DNA of 64,000 bases from Myxococcota bacterium (GTDB lineage Bacteria; Myxococcota; UBA4151): contig JAYZBQ010000059.1 in the NCBI GenBank assembly GCA_036338695.1, forward strand, positions 132 to 64,131. The letters run 5' to 3'. How positions within the stretch are numbered: position 1 is the first letter of the stretch; each line of letters begins with the position of its first letter. A program made the position numbers and the translations under genes. Below, piece after piece: positions 28,494-38,062 of the stretch. The notes under the pieces were generated by a model that searched no databases, was not told the origin of the DNA, and worked only from the letters and a program-made list of their open reading frames with translations.

Positions 28494-30064
28494 GCACGTC
28501 GCCTCCGCAACCAAAGCGCCAGGTCGCTAAGAACACGGTGGTCGTGGGTCTGTGGACGGCGGTCAGTCGCGTCTTTGGAGCCGTTCGCGATCTCGTGGTT
28601 GCGCACCTGTTTGGCGCGACCTGGACAGCGGACGCGTTTTACATCGCCCAGACAATCCCGAACGCGTTTCGGCGACTCGTTGGCGAGGGGGCGGTCGCTG
28701 CGGTTTTGGTTCCAACCTACGCCGGTCGGCTCGAGCGCGCGGACGAGGCGACGGCGCGCCGCTACGCTCGTGCGCTGCTCGGGATCTGGATCGCCGTGCT
28801 CGCAGCGCTCATCGTGGTGGGCATACTGGCTGCGCCGCTTCTGGTGAGCCTTTTTGCCGCAGGTTATCGAGACAACCCCGAAGCCTTCGACCTGACGGTC
28901 TCTTTGACTCGCTGGATGTTTCCGTACCTCGGTTTGGTCAGCGTGGTGGGCTTCTTTGGCGGCGTTGCCAACAGCCACGGACGCTTTGGCGCCTCAGCAG
29001 CGAGCCCCGTGGTCTTCAACGTGTTCATCATTTTGGGCGCCATCGTCCCGATGAGCTTTGTCCCGGATCCGATCTACGGATTAGCGGTCGGGGTCGTCGT
29101 CGGTGGGTTGGCACAGCTTGCCCTCCTAAGCGGCGACCTCATCGCAGGAAAGATTGCGATCAAGCCGGTCTGGAAGCCCGAGGATGCGGATCTGAAGGAG
29201 GCTTGGCAGTTGATGCTGCCCCAGCTCTTCGGCATCGCCATCTACCAGATCAACATTATCGTGCTGCGAACCTATGCGAGCTTCCTCCCGGAAGGGTCGG
29301 TGACCCAGTACTACAACGCCTCGAGGCTGCAAGAGCTCGCGCTGGGGGTGTTCGCCGTGGCGATCGCAACCGCAAGCCAGCCGACTTTTGCACGCTTGCG
29401 CGCCAAAGGCGACCGGCGGGCGCTCTCGGAGCTGTTTCAAGGCGCGTTCAACAGCGTCGTCGTGGTGAACGTGGGCGCAGCGACGGGGCTGATCGCCCTT
29501 GGGCTGCCCATCTGCATCGTCTTGTTTGGGCACGGTAAGTTTTCACACGAGGCGGTGGAGCTCACGGCGTGGACGCTGTTTTGGTTGGCGCTCGCCTTGA
29601 TCCCGGTGGCGATCGTGCGCGTCGTGGGGCAGATATTTTATGCTTTCAAGCAGGCGAAGCGCCCGGTGCAAGCGGGGTTCTGGTCGATGGTCGTCAACGC
29701 CATCTCAGGCGCTGTCTTTGCGTATTATTTTGGGATCGCAGGGCTTGGGATGGGGCTGGCGCTCGCTACCAGCGTGCAGGCGTACCTGCTGATGCGCTGG
29801 ATGCTGCCTCAGCTCGAGAGTTGGGTACCGTATGCCCTGAGCAGGGTGGCGGCGAAGTGTGTCCTAGCGGCGCTCATTATGGGCGTTCCCGTCGGGCTGA
29901 TCGGCGCCTGGTTTCCCTACCAGCGTAGTGGGTTCGAGGCCGCGGGTATGCTGGGCGGAATCATCGCCCTTGGTGGGTTCATTTACCTGATCACGGCGAC
30001 CATGTTTGGCGTGGATGAGCTCGCCGGCGTGGCCGAGCGCATCGCTCGTCGGTTTCGGCGTTAG
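28490..30064 (+). CDS. murJ: Lipid II flippase
   Basis: [43 protein letters not shown], polytopic membrane protein. Confidence 0.95.
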   Translation: MSTSPPQPKRQVAKNTVVVGLWTAVSRVFGAVRDLVVAHLFGATWTADAFYIAQTIPNAFRRLVGEGAVAAVLVPTYAGRLERADEATARRYARALLGIWIAVLAALIVVGILAAPLLVSLFAAGYRDNPEAFDLTVSLTRWMFPYLGLVSVVGFFGGVANSHGRFGASAASPVVFNVFIILGAIVPMSFVPDPIYGLAVGVVVGGLAQLALLSGDLIAGKIAIKPVWKPEDADLKEAWQLMLPQLFGIAIYQINIIVLRTYASFLPEGSVTQYYNASRLQELALGVFAVAIATASQPTFARLRAKGDRRALSELFQGAFNSVVVVNVGAATGLIALGLPICIVLFGHGKFSHEAVELTAWTLFWLALALIPVAIVRVVGQIFYAFKQAKRPVQAGFWSMVVNAISGAVFAYYFGIAGLGMGLALATSVQAYLLMRWMLPQLESWVPYALSRVAAKCVLAALIMGVPVGLIGAWFPYQRSGFEAAGMLGGIIALGGFIYLITATMFGVDELAGVAERIARRFRR

Positions 30065-30834
30065 CTCGACTTCGCCTCGTCCCAGAGCCGCTCGACATCG
30101 TCGACCTGCTCCCAGGTTTGGTCCGCTTGATCTAAGCTCGCTTCGATGTGTTCGATCCGCTGGGTAAACTTCCGGGTCGCCTTGCGCAGCGCTCCTTCTG
30201 GCTCAACCTTGAGATGGCGAGCGAGCTGCGCCACTGTGAACAACAGGTCGCCGAGCTCTTCCTCGATCTGCGCCGCATCACCTCGCTGGGCGGCCTCCTC
30301 GAGCTCGCCGAGCTCCTCGTTGACCTTCTCACGGACGGCGGCGGCGCTGTCCCAGTCGAGCCCGACGCGGCTCACCTTCTCGCCGAGGCGAGCCGCCCGC
30401 TGAAGCGCCGGCGCCGACACGGGGATACCGGCGACGATGCTGCGCGGCTGGTCGCCTTTTTCGCGCCGCTTGATCTCCTCCCATTGCGTGAGCACGTCCT
30501 CGGCGTCCTCGGCGCTTCCGTCGCTGAAGACGTGGGGGTGGCGCCGGATCATTTTGTCGCTGATCGCTTGGATCACGTCGCTCAGGGTAAAGCTGCCGTC
30601 TTCGCTGGCGATGCGGCTCTGGAAAACGATCTGGAGCAGCAGGTCGCCGAGCTCGTCGCATTGCTCGTCACGGTCTCCTCGCTCCATGGCGTCGAGGCAC
30701 TCATAGGCCTCCTCGATCAGGTAGGGCTGAAGACTCTCCATGGTCTGCTTTTGGTCCCATGGGCAGCCGCCTGGATCGCGTAGGCGATCCATGATGGCGA
30801 TGAGCGCTTCGAACTGTTCTCCCGGGGTCGGCAT
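30061..30834 (-). CDS. mazG: Nucleoside triphosphate pyrophosphohydrolase
   Basis: RLRDPGGCPWDQKQT, EEAYE, DELGDLL, RRHPHVF, EEELGDLLF. Start ATG 30834 with AGGAG RBS. Confidence 0.96.
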   Translation of the reverse strand: MPTPGEQFEALIAIMDRLRDPGGCPWDQKQTMESLQPYLIEEAYECLDAMERGDRDEQCDELGDLLLQIVFQSRIASEDGSFTLSDVIQAISDKMIRRHPHVFSDGSAEDAEDVLTQWEEIKRREKGDQPRSIVAGIPVSAPALQRAARLGEKVSRVGLDWDSAAAVREKVNEELGELEEAAQRGDAAQIEEELGDLLFTVAQLARHLKVEPEGALRKATRKFTQRIEHIEASLDQADQTWEQVDDVERLWDEAKSS

Positions 30835-31003
30835 CGGTCTCTCCTGCTGCGTCATGTGACGGAGCGCTCGCCGCGGGTCAACCTGCGCTCGCGCTCGCTC
30901 GCTGATCGCGTCTTTCGATGACCTCAAACCGCTCGCCAATTTGTGAACTGGCGCCGCCACCTAAAGGGCGGTATTTGAGACCCTCAGACTGCTAGGGAGT
31001 GCT

Positions 31004-33439
31004 ATGCTCTCCGATCTTCGTCGACGAGGCGCCGAGCCGACCCCGAGGGTGATCTCGGCGCTGCTGATCTTCTTGGTCATCGGCGGCACGCTGGCGATGC
31101 GCCCAGACCTCACCAGCGCCAAGGTGCAGATCCCGGCTGTCGGTGAGCAGGCGCGGCGCGAGGTGCGCGCTTGGCGATCCCTGCGGGTCCCTGATCGGGT
31201 CGAGACCGAGCGCCGGCGCGAGGCAGCGCAGCGCCAAGTCGAGGCGGTCTACGATTATGAGCCGGATCTGGTGGCGCGCCAGACGCGTCTGCTGCGTGAG
31301 GCGTACTCCGTGCTCGCGATTGAGATGGCGAGCATCGAGCGGCGGCGTCAAGAGCTGCAGGCGAAGCTCGATGAAGGCGCTGACCCGGGCGCGCTCGGTG
31401 GTCTTGACGCGATTAACACGCACCGTAAACGGGTTCAGTTATCGGCGCTGCGGAGCTTGGGCATCGCCGGCGTCCGGGTCGACTTCGATGGCTTGGATCC
31501 GCTCGGTTACAATCGCCCCGTGGCGGATGCGCTTAGCGAGATGTTGCACGCCGTGTATCGACGGCCGGTGGTCGCCGAGCGCGAGCTGGTGAGCCAGCGA
31601 GCGCCCAACGGGATCGTCCTGCGTTCGGGCGCAAGCGGTGAAGATAAACGCCTCTCCGTCGAGGCGCTTGATGACTTACGCGCGCTCCGGCTGCAAGTCG
31701 CAGAGGTGGTGGGGTCCAGGCTTGATCGGCTAGCGAACCGAGCCAAGCTTGAGAAAGTCAGCGGTCGTTCACGCAGCGCGGTGGTCGAGCTGTTGGGGCG
31801 GATGGTGGTGCCCACCGCAAGCTTCAACGCCGCCGCCACGCGGCAAGAGCGCGAGAGCGCAGCTCAGCGAGTTCCCCTGGTGGTGGTGCCGGTGAGTCGT
31901 GGCGAGGTGCTGATCCGTGAGGGTGACACCATCACGCCGGCGCACGTCGCGCTGCTGGGGGCGCTCAATGAGAGCTCAGCGGTGTCGGCTTGGCTGACTG
32001 CCTTGGGCGCCGGGCTTTTGATCGTGTTGTTGGTGATGTGTGTCCACTGGTTCGCCCAGCGCCATATCCAGCGTTACCGCCCGGATGCGCGCGACCTCGC
32101 GTTTATGGTGATCACACTCGTCGGGATGATGACGCTGTGCGCCGTAGGTTCGTCGATCGTCGAGAGCGTTGCGGCCCAGTACACGTCCCTGTCGCTCTCG
32201 ATTTTGAGACCGCTCGTACCGGTGAGCGCCGGGGCGCTGGTGATCGGGTTTGTGCTGAGCGGTGCCTCGACGCTCGTCTTCGTGGTCGTCAGCTCGCCGT
32301 TGCTCGCCTACGCCCTCTACGGAGAGGTCGGGGCGTCGATTCCCATCGCGGTCGCTGGATTCGTGGGGTCGTCGTTGATCGCCGGCGCGCATCGCCGCGT
32401 GGAGTTTTTGCGCGCCGGGTTAGCGGCTGGCTTGGCAGGGTGGCTGTGCAGCTTGGGCTACTCGCTCTTAGTCTCCGGCGCCGTCAGCCAAGAGATGGGC
32501 TATGAAGGCCTGACGTCGATTTTCGGCGGCTTGATCACGGCGATGGTGATCCCGGCGGCGACACCTGGGATCGAGTGGGCGCTCAAGTACATGACGAACC
32601 TGCGGATGGCTGAGCTCGCAACCATGGAGCATCCGGTCCTGCGCGAGCTGGCGATGCGTGCGCCCGGTTCGCACCATCACTCGATGATGGTGGCGGCGCT
32701 GAGTGAGGCAGGAGCCCTTGCGACGGGCCGCAACGCCCTGCTGGTCAAGGTGATGGCGTACTACCACGACATCGGGAAGATGAACCATCCAGAGTACTTC
32801 GCTGAGAACCAGGGGCGCGAGAACCCGCACGACAAGGTGAAGCCCTCGATCTCGGCGCTCATCATCCGCAAGCACGTGACCGAAGGCTTGGAGATGGCGA
32901 AGAAGTACGGCTTCGAGGAGGAGATCCTCGACGGCATCGCAACGCACCACGGGACCCGCGTGATCTCCTACTTCTACAAAAAAGCTCAGGAACAAGCCGC
33001 CGAGGGCGAGCGGGTCGAGCAGGCCGACTACACGTACCCCGGGCCGAAGCCTCAAGACGCGGAGTCAGCGATTCTGATGATCGCTGATTCGATTGAGGCT
33101 GCGGCGCGCAGTTTGCCCGACCCGAACCCGGATCGGTTGCGCGGGTTGGTCCAGAAGATCACCAACAAAATCTTCTCGGAGGGGCAGCTCGACGAGTGCG
33201 ACCTGACCCTACGTGATCTCCACAACCTGGCCCAAGCGTTCCATAAGGTGCTCTGCGGCATCTACCACCACCGTCCGCAGTATCAGGAATCCGCAGCGAA
33301 GGAGCGTCGTGACGTCAGCACGAGTTCGACTCAGCATCAGCGCGAGCCTCAAAACACACCCAAGCCGTCCGTCAGCGTCGATGATCCAGAGGCTACGCCG
33401 GACGACGAAGAGCATCTGCGCCGCTTGGGTACCGGCTGA
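31004..33439 (+). CDS. 7TM-HD family membrane phosphohydrolase (PgpH-like)
   Basis: Large extracellular domain, TM bundle, APGSHHHS, YYHDIGK, HHGT, YPGPKPQ, ADSIEAAARSL. Confidence 0.92.
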   Translation: MLSDLRRRGAEPTPRVISALLIFLVIGGTLAMRPDLTSAKVQIPAVGEQARREVRAWRSLRVPDRVETERRREAAQRQVEAVYDYEPDLVARQTRLLREAYSVLAIEMASIERRRQELQAKLDEGADPGALGGLDAINTHRKRVQLSALRSLGIAGVRVDFDGLDPLGYNRPVADALSEMLHAVYRRPVVAERELVSQRAPNGIVLRSGASGEDKRLSVEALDDLRALRLQVAEVVGSRLDRLANRAKLEKVSGRSRSAVVELLGRMVVPTASFNAAATRQERESAAQRVPLVVVPVSRGEVLIREGDTITPAHVALLGALNESSAVSAWLTALGAGLLIVLLVMCVHWFAQRHIQRYRPDARDLAFMVITLVGMMTLCAVGSSIVESVAAQYTSLSLSILRPLVPVSAGALVIGFVLSGASTLVFVVVSSPLLAYALYGEVGASIPIAVAGFVGSSLIAGAHRRVEFLRAGLAAGLAGWLCSLGYSLLVSGAVSQEMGYEGLTSIFGGLITAMVIPAATPGIEWALKYMTNLRMAELATMEHPVLRELAMRAPGSHHHSMMVAALSEAGALATGRNALLVKVMAYYHDIGKMNHPEYFAENQGRENPHDKVKPSISALIIRKHVTEGLEMAKKYGFEEEILDGIATHHGTRVISYFYKKAQEQAAEGERVEQADYTYPGPKPQDAESAILMIADSIEAAARSLPDPNPDRLRGLVQKITNKIFSEGQLDECDLTLRDLHNLAQAFHKVLCGIYHHRPQYQESAAKERRDVSTSSTQHQREPQNTPKPSVSVDDPEATPDDEEHLRRLGTG

Positions 33440-33815
33440 GGCGCGCACGCAGCCGATCGAGGTGAGCGTTCGGCTCTGTTCGGACGACGAGATCCAGGCG
33501 CTGAACGCCGAGTGGCGGGGTAAAGATCAGCCGACTGACGTGCTGAGTTTCCCGCAGTTTGCTGGGTCGGTACCCGACTGGGCGCCGACGCTCGGCGACG
33601 TGGTCATCTCGGTCGATACGGCGGCGCAGCAAGCGCAAGCTCAGCGGCACAGCCTAAGCGATGAGCTGGTGGTCCTGATCACGCATGGTGTGCTCCATTT
33701 GCTGGGTCTCGACCACCAGTCACCCAAGGAGCGGGCGCGTATGCTGGACGCCGAGACCGACATCCTCAAGCCGCGCGGGCTGGCGAGTGGCTTAATCGGT
33801 CGCGTCCACGACTGA
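33309..33815 (+). CDS. ybeY: rRNA maturation RNase YbeY
   Basis: IQALNAEWRGKDQPTDVLSFP, LGDVVIS, HGVLHLLGLDH. Likely GTG start at 33309 after AAGGAG; start position is inferred. Confidence 0.9.
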   Translation: MTSARVRLSISASLKTHPSRPSASMIQRLRRTTKSICAAWVPAEARTQPIEVSVRLCSDDEIQALNAEWRGKDQPTDVLSFPQFAGSVPDWAPTLGDVVISVDTAAQQAQAQRHSLSDELVVLITHGVLHLLGLDHQSPKERARMLDAETDILKPRGLASGLIGRVHD

Positions 33816-34241
33816 CGCGATCACCTTCATCTCAATCAGGAGATGCGGGTGGGGTAGCTCCGCAACCGCAACGGTCGTACGCGTCGGGCCGGTCGCTGCG
33901 TCGAACCAGCGGTTGTAGACGCTGTTGTAGCCAGCGAAGTCCTTCATGCTGACCAAGAAGGTGGTCAGGTCAATGAGTTGGTCCATCGAGCCACCGCATC
34001 GCTCGACGATGACCTTCATGTTCTGCAGCAGCGCCTCGGTCTGCTCTGCAATGTCCGCCTCAAAGCTGCCGTCTTCGTGGATCACGACGCCGGCGTGGCT
34101 GTTGTCTGGGCGGCGACAGCTCATCCCCGAGATAAAGAGCAGGTCACCGACACGCCGGGCGTGGGGGTAGTGCGCGTAGGCGCCGGGTCGGTCTTCAAAC
34201 CGGAAGGCCTGTCCGGCACCGTTAGAGTTTGACGCAGACAT
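33792..34241 (-). CDS. RidA-family protein, 2-aminomuconate deaminase-like
   Basis: YPHARRVGDLLFISGMSCRRPDN, DFAGYNSVY, GPTRTTVAVAELPHPHLLIEMK. Start ATG 34241. Confidence 0.85.
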   Translation of the reverse strand: MSASNSNGAGQAFRFEDRPGAYAHYPHARRVGDLLFISGMSCRRPDNSHAGVVIHEDGSFEADIAEQTEALLQNMKVIVERCGGSMDQLIDLTTFLVSMKDFAGYNSVYNRWFDAATGPTRTTVAVAELPHPHLLIEMKVIASVVDATD

Positions 34242-35682
34242 TTTTGAGCTCGCTGTAGAAGTTGACGGAGTGGATCCCTCCTTCGCGTCCGATACCGGAG
34301 GCTCCGGTGCCGCCGAAGGGGGTGCGTAGATCGCGTAGGAACCAGGAGTTGAGCCAGACCAAGCCACAGTCCATTGCGGCAGCCACGCGGTGGCCCCGCT
34401 GAAGATCCGAGGTCCAGACCGCAGCGCACAGACCGTAGTCCGTGTCGTTGGCGCGGCGAATCACCTCTTCCTCGCGATCGAAGGGCGCCACGTGGCAGAT
34501 CGGTCCAAAGATCTCTTCTCGAACGCAGCGAGCCTCGTCGCTCAAGCCGGTCAAAATGGTCGGCTCAACCCATGAGCCTGCGTCCCATTCTGCGCCAAGG
34601 CTGGGTACGCCGCCTCCGGTCACGACCGTCGCACCCTCTTCGCGTGCCAGCTCATAGTAGCCGAGCACCTTGTCTCGGTGCTGAGCCGAGATCAGGGGCC
34701 CGATCCCGGTCGATGGGTCCATGGGGGGTCCATAACGCAAAGCCTCTGCGCCTTCTTTGAGGGCTGCGACGAAGCGCTCATAGATGGGGCGCTCCACGTA
34801 GACGCGTTCGGAGCACAAGCAGACCTGCCCGCCGTTCGAGAAGGCGGAGCGCACCGTCCCGGCGACGGCGGCGTCAAAGTCCGCGTCGGCGAAGACGATC
34901 GCCGGGTTTTTGCCGCCGAGCTCAAAGCTCAGGGGCTTGAGCGTCGGGGCGGCGTCCGCCATGATCCGCTGACCGGTTGCGCTCTCGCCCGTAAAGGTGA
35001 TCGCAGCCACCTCGGGGTGTTGTACGAGCGCCTGGCCTGCGGAGTCCGGCCCAAAGCCGTGCACCACGTTGTAGACCCCGGGCGGCATCCCGATCTCGTC
35101 CATGACCTCGGCGAGTAAGGTCGCCGTCGAGGGGGTCTCTTCCGAGGGTTTAACGACGACCGTATTGCCCGCAGCCAGAGCGGGGCCGACCTTCCACGTC
35201 ATGAGCAAGAGGGGCAGGTTCCAAGGGCAGATCACGCCCACAACGCCTAGGGGTTGGCGAACGGCGTAGTTGATCGCTTTCCCTCCGTCTGGGGTGTCTG
35301 AGACATAGCTCTCGTTGGGGATGTTGCGGGTCAGGTCGGCGAAGAGCTGCAGATTCGCAGCGCCGCGCGGGATGTCGACCTTGCGCGCCCATGATACGGG
35401 TTTTCCGGTGTCTTCGATCTCGGCGGCGAGGAAGTCGTCGAACCGTCTTCGGATCCCGTCGGCCGCCGCCGCCAAAAGCTCGAGCCGTTGCGCCTGAGGC
35501 ATACGCCCCCACGGGCCATTGAGCGCCGCTTTGGCTGCGCGCACGGCGCGGTCGACGTCGCCCGCTTTGGCTTCCTGAACTCGCCCGATCGTCGCGCCGG
35601 TCGCCGGGTTGATGTTGGCGAAGTGATCACCCGTCGAGCTGTCACAAAATGCGCCGTTGATGTAGAGCTTGCGATCACTCAT
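34222..35682 (-). CDS. 2-aminomuconic / 2-hydroxymuconic semialdehyde dehydrogenase
   Basis: VDIPRGAAN, PWNLPLLLMTWK, KPSEETP, FTGES, ELGGKN, GQVCLC, EEIFGP, WFLRDLRTPFGG. Confidence 0.9.
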   Translation of the reverse strand: MSDRKLYINGAFCDSSTGDHFANINPATGATIGRVQEAKAGDVDRAVRAAKAALNGPWGRMPQAQRLELLAAAADGIRRRFDDFLAAEIEDTGKPVSWARKVDIPRGAANLQLFADLTRNIPNESYVSDTPDGGKAINYAVRQPLGVVGVICPWNLPLLLMTWKVGPALAAGNTVVVKPSEETPSTATLLAEVMDEIGMPPGVYNVVHGFGPDSAGQALVQHPEVAAITFTGESATGQRIMADAAPTLKPLSFELGGKNPAIVFADADFDAAVAGTVRSAFSNGGQVCLCSERVYVERPIYERFVAALKEGAEALRYGPPMDPSTGIGPLISAQHRDKVLGYYELAREEGATVVTGGGVPSLGAEWDAGSWVEPTILTGLSDEARCVREEIFGPICHVAPFDREEEVIRRANDTDYGLCAAVWTSDLQRGHRVAAAMDCGLVWLNSWFLRDLRTPFGGTGASGIGREGGIHSVNFYSELKNVCVKL

Positions 35683-36524
35683 TCGGGCGCTCCGAGCTTG
35701 GTGATGATGTGCTGGCGCGCCTCCCAGATCTCAGGGAAGGCCCGTTTGCTCAGCGTCCGGCTCAGGTATTCGACCCCGTGAGTCCCCCCTGTGCCGCGCG
35801 TGATGCCGATGATGCGCTCGACCATCGAGACGTGTCGGTACCGCCAAAGCAGCAGTTTTTGATCCAAATCCAAGAGGGATTCAAGGATCGTGTACAGGCT
35901 GTAGCGCTCATCGAGGTTCCGGTAGATGGCTCCGAGCGCTTGTGCCAGCTCTTCGCTGAGCACCCAAGGCTCGTGCGTGTCGCGCTCGAGGACTTCGGCG
36001 GGCACCTCGATCCCCGCTCGGTGCATGTAGGCGACGACGCTGTCCCACAAGCTCGGCTTCTCGATCGCGGCTTTCATCGCCTCGAACCCTAGCGGGTTGG
36101 ACTCGTGATACCGCAGGTACGCTTTGTCTCGGATGCCGAGCGTGTATTCAGCGACCCGGAACTGGTGCGATTGAAACCCGCTGGCCGGATTGAGAAGCGA
36201 CCGAAATCGATCAAACTCGATCGGTGTCATGGTCTCAAGAATGTCGATTTGATGGACCAGGACGTCAAAGATACGCGTCACGCGCTTGAGCGACTTGATG
36301 AAGGGCAGCGGTTGGTCTTTGTTGATAAAGACGACCATGCCGTTGAGCTCATGAAGGATCTGCTTAAACCAGAGCTCGTAGACTTGGTGGATGATGATGA
36401 AGAGCATCTCATCGTGCTGCGGCGGGTCGCTCTGCAGTTCTTGTGAGGCGAGCGGTTCGTGCACTTTGAGGTACGAGTCATAGGTCAACTGTGTGGGTGT
36501 AGGGATGAGCGCATCTTGGGTCAT
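35679..36524 (-). CDS. kynA: Tryptophan 2,3-dioxygenase
   Basis: TYDSYL, HDEMLFIIIHQVYELWFK, ASGFQS, WRYRHVSMVERIIG, GTGGT. Confidence 0.95.
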   Translation of the reverse strand: MTQDALIPTPTQLTYDSYLKVHEPLASQELQSDPPQHDEMLFIIIHQVYELWFKQILHELNGMVVFINKDQPLPFIKSLKRVTRIFDVLVHQIDILETMTPIEFDRFRSLLNPASGFQSHQFRVAEYTLGIRDKAYLRYHESNPLGFEAMKAAIEKPSLWDSVVAYMHRAGIEVPAEVLERDTHEPWVLSEELAQALGAIYRNLDERYSLYTILESLLDLDQKLLLWRYRHVSMVERIIGITRGTGGTHGVEYLSRTLSKRAFPEIWEARQHIITKLGAPE

Positions 36525-36694
36525 CTGAGCACCTCCGTGGCTCCGCTTTCGCGCAAAGCGCGTGCGCTGCCTACCGTCGATCCCGAGAAGACCTACAATT
36601 TGTTGTCCGGTACGGGCGGGCTAGGCGTCGCCGGGTCTTTCGTCTAGGTTTCGGTCTCAGGGGCGGGTCTCGAGCCGCTCTGACGGGGTGCAAC

Positions 36695-37258
36695 ATGACG
36701 ATCTCAGGAGCCAGCGAGGGCGCTAAAGCGGCGGTCGCACGGACCTCGGTTCGAGCCGAGGGGTTGTTGGTCGATGAGTGGCGGGACTTCTGCGCCATTT
36801 TGGATCGCGAGGACATGAGCTTCGAGGCTCGCTTTGCGTTGATCGCCGAGCGCATGGATCAAATTGATCTTGAAGCGTTCCCTGGACATCTCAAGTGCCC
36901 GGTGGTGCAGTGTTATCGCCGCACCGTGATCGGCGCGCGCCACACCGAAACCGAGCCAGGCTTCGAGGCGGTCCTGGCGCATTGGCGCCTGCAGTGTGTG
37001 ACCCCGATCCACGGCCACCCGCCGGTGCTCATGTATCGAGCGCTCAGTGGGCTCTACCGGATGACGATGTATCGCCTAGAGAATGGCGTCCCGGTCCCCT
37101 TTGAGGACCGGATGATCCGTCCTGGCGATTGGTTTCATTACGAGGGCGAGGGCGGCGGCTACGATCATTTCATCCACACCATCGAATGCATCGAGGAAGG
37201 GTGGACGCTGAACTTGTACTCGGATGACGCGCAAAAAGGCATCAAGTACACAGCGTAG
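36695..37258 (+). CDS. Cupin metalloenzyme, cysteine-dioxygenase-like
   Basis: YRRTV...HW...TPIHGH...FIHTI...TLNLYS matches the thiol-dioxygenase pattern (YTR..W..SPIHDH..H...SLHLYS). Confidence 0.65.
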   Translation: MTISGASEGAKAAVARTSVRAEGLLVDEWRDFCAILDREDMSFEARFALIAERMDQIDLEAFPGHLKCPVVQCYRRTVIGARHTETEPGFEAVLAHWRLQCVTPIHGHPPVLMYRALSGLYRMTMYRLENGVPVPFEDRMIRPGDWFHYEGEGGGYDHFIHTIECIEEGWTLNLYSDDAQKGIKYTA

Positions 37259-37304
37259 CCGGCACCAGGCGACTGCCGCAGCCGCGTGCGCGCTGAGGCA
37301 ACGG

Positions 37305-37326
37305 GCGTCACGTGCATGTCACAGGC
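37305..37326 (+). promoter_or_regulatory. Pho-box-like direct repeat upstream of phoB
   Basis: GTCAC at 37307 and 37318 (11-bp period). Confidence 0.55.
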
Positions 37327-37354
37327 TTGCGGCAACACCGGCGCGGGAGCAGCC

Positions 37355-38062
37355 ATGAAGAAGACCATTCTAGTCGTCGAAGATGAGCCGGATCTGGCGC
37401 AGATCGTCGCCTACAACTTGGCGCGGGAGGGCTATCGCACGGTGACCGCCTCCAGCGGTGAGCAGGCGCTCGAGGTGCTCTCCGAGAGCCCACGCCCTGA
37501 TCTGGTGCTCCTCGATCTGATGCTCCCTGGGATGAGTGGGACCGAGGTGTGTCGAGCGATGCGGGCGGACGCTGAGCTCGAGCAGATCCCTGTGATCATG
37601 TTGACCGCACGGGGCGACGAGATCGATCGCGTGGTGGGCTTTGAGGTCGGCGCTGACGACTACGTGACGAAGCCGTTTTCGGTGCGCGAGCTTATGCTCA
37701 GGGTGCGCGCGCAGCTGCGGCGACGAGATGGGGCGGGCGCGCCTGCTGAGGTGGCGACACAGGTGAGCTTCGGGGTCCTTCAGATCGACCGGTCGGCTCA
37801 TCGGGTGCTCGTCGAGGCTGAGGAGGTGCTCTTGACGGCGCTGGAATTTCGACTGCTCGATACGTTCTTGCAGCGCCGTGGTCGGGTCCAAACCCGTGAG
37901 CGGTTGCTCAGCGACGTCTGGGGAATTGACGCAGACGTGACCACGCGCACCGTCGATACGCACGTCAAGCGCTTGCGCCACAAGATCGGTGCAGCCAGCG
38001 CCTACATCGAGACCTTACGCGGTGTGGGTTACCGGTTCATTTCGGAGCTACCGAAGGCGTGA
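37355..38062 (+). CDS. phoB: Phosphate regulon response regulator
   Basis: VVEDE, LLDLMLPG, MLTARGDEIDRV, ADDYVTKPF, TRTVDTHVKRLR, RGVGYRF. Start ATG 37355. Confidence 0.85.
   Translation: MKKTILVVEDEPDLAQIVAYNLAREGYRTVTASSGEQALEVLSESPRPDLVLLDLMLPGMSGTEVCRAMRADAELEQIPVIMLTARGDEIDRVVGFEVGADDYVTKPFSVRELMLRVRAQLRRRDGAGAPAEVATQVSFGVLQIDRSAHRVLVEAEEVLLTALEFRLLDTFLQRRGRVQTRERLLSDVWGIDADVTTRTVDTHVKRLRHKIGAASAYIETLRGVGYRFISELPKA

Noticed and set aside
36695-37258. Calling the cupin 3-hydroxyanthranilate 3,4-dioxygenase
   Set aside because: It lacks the NxRxDxH...E pattern and looks like a 3-His thiol dioxygenase, so it is kept only as a hypothesis.
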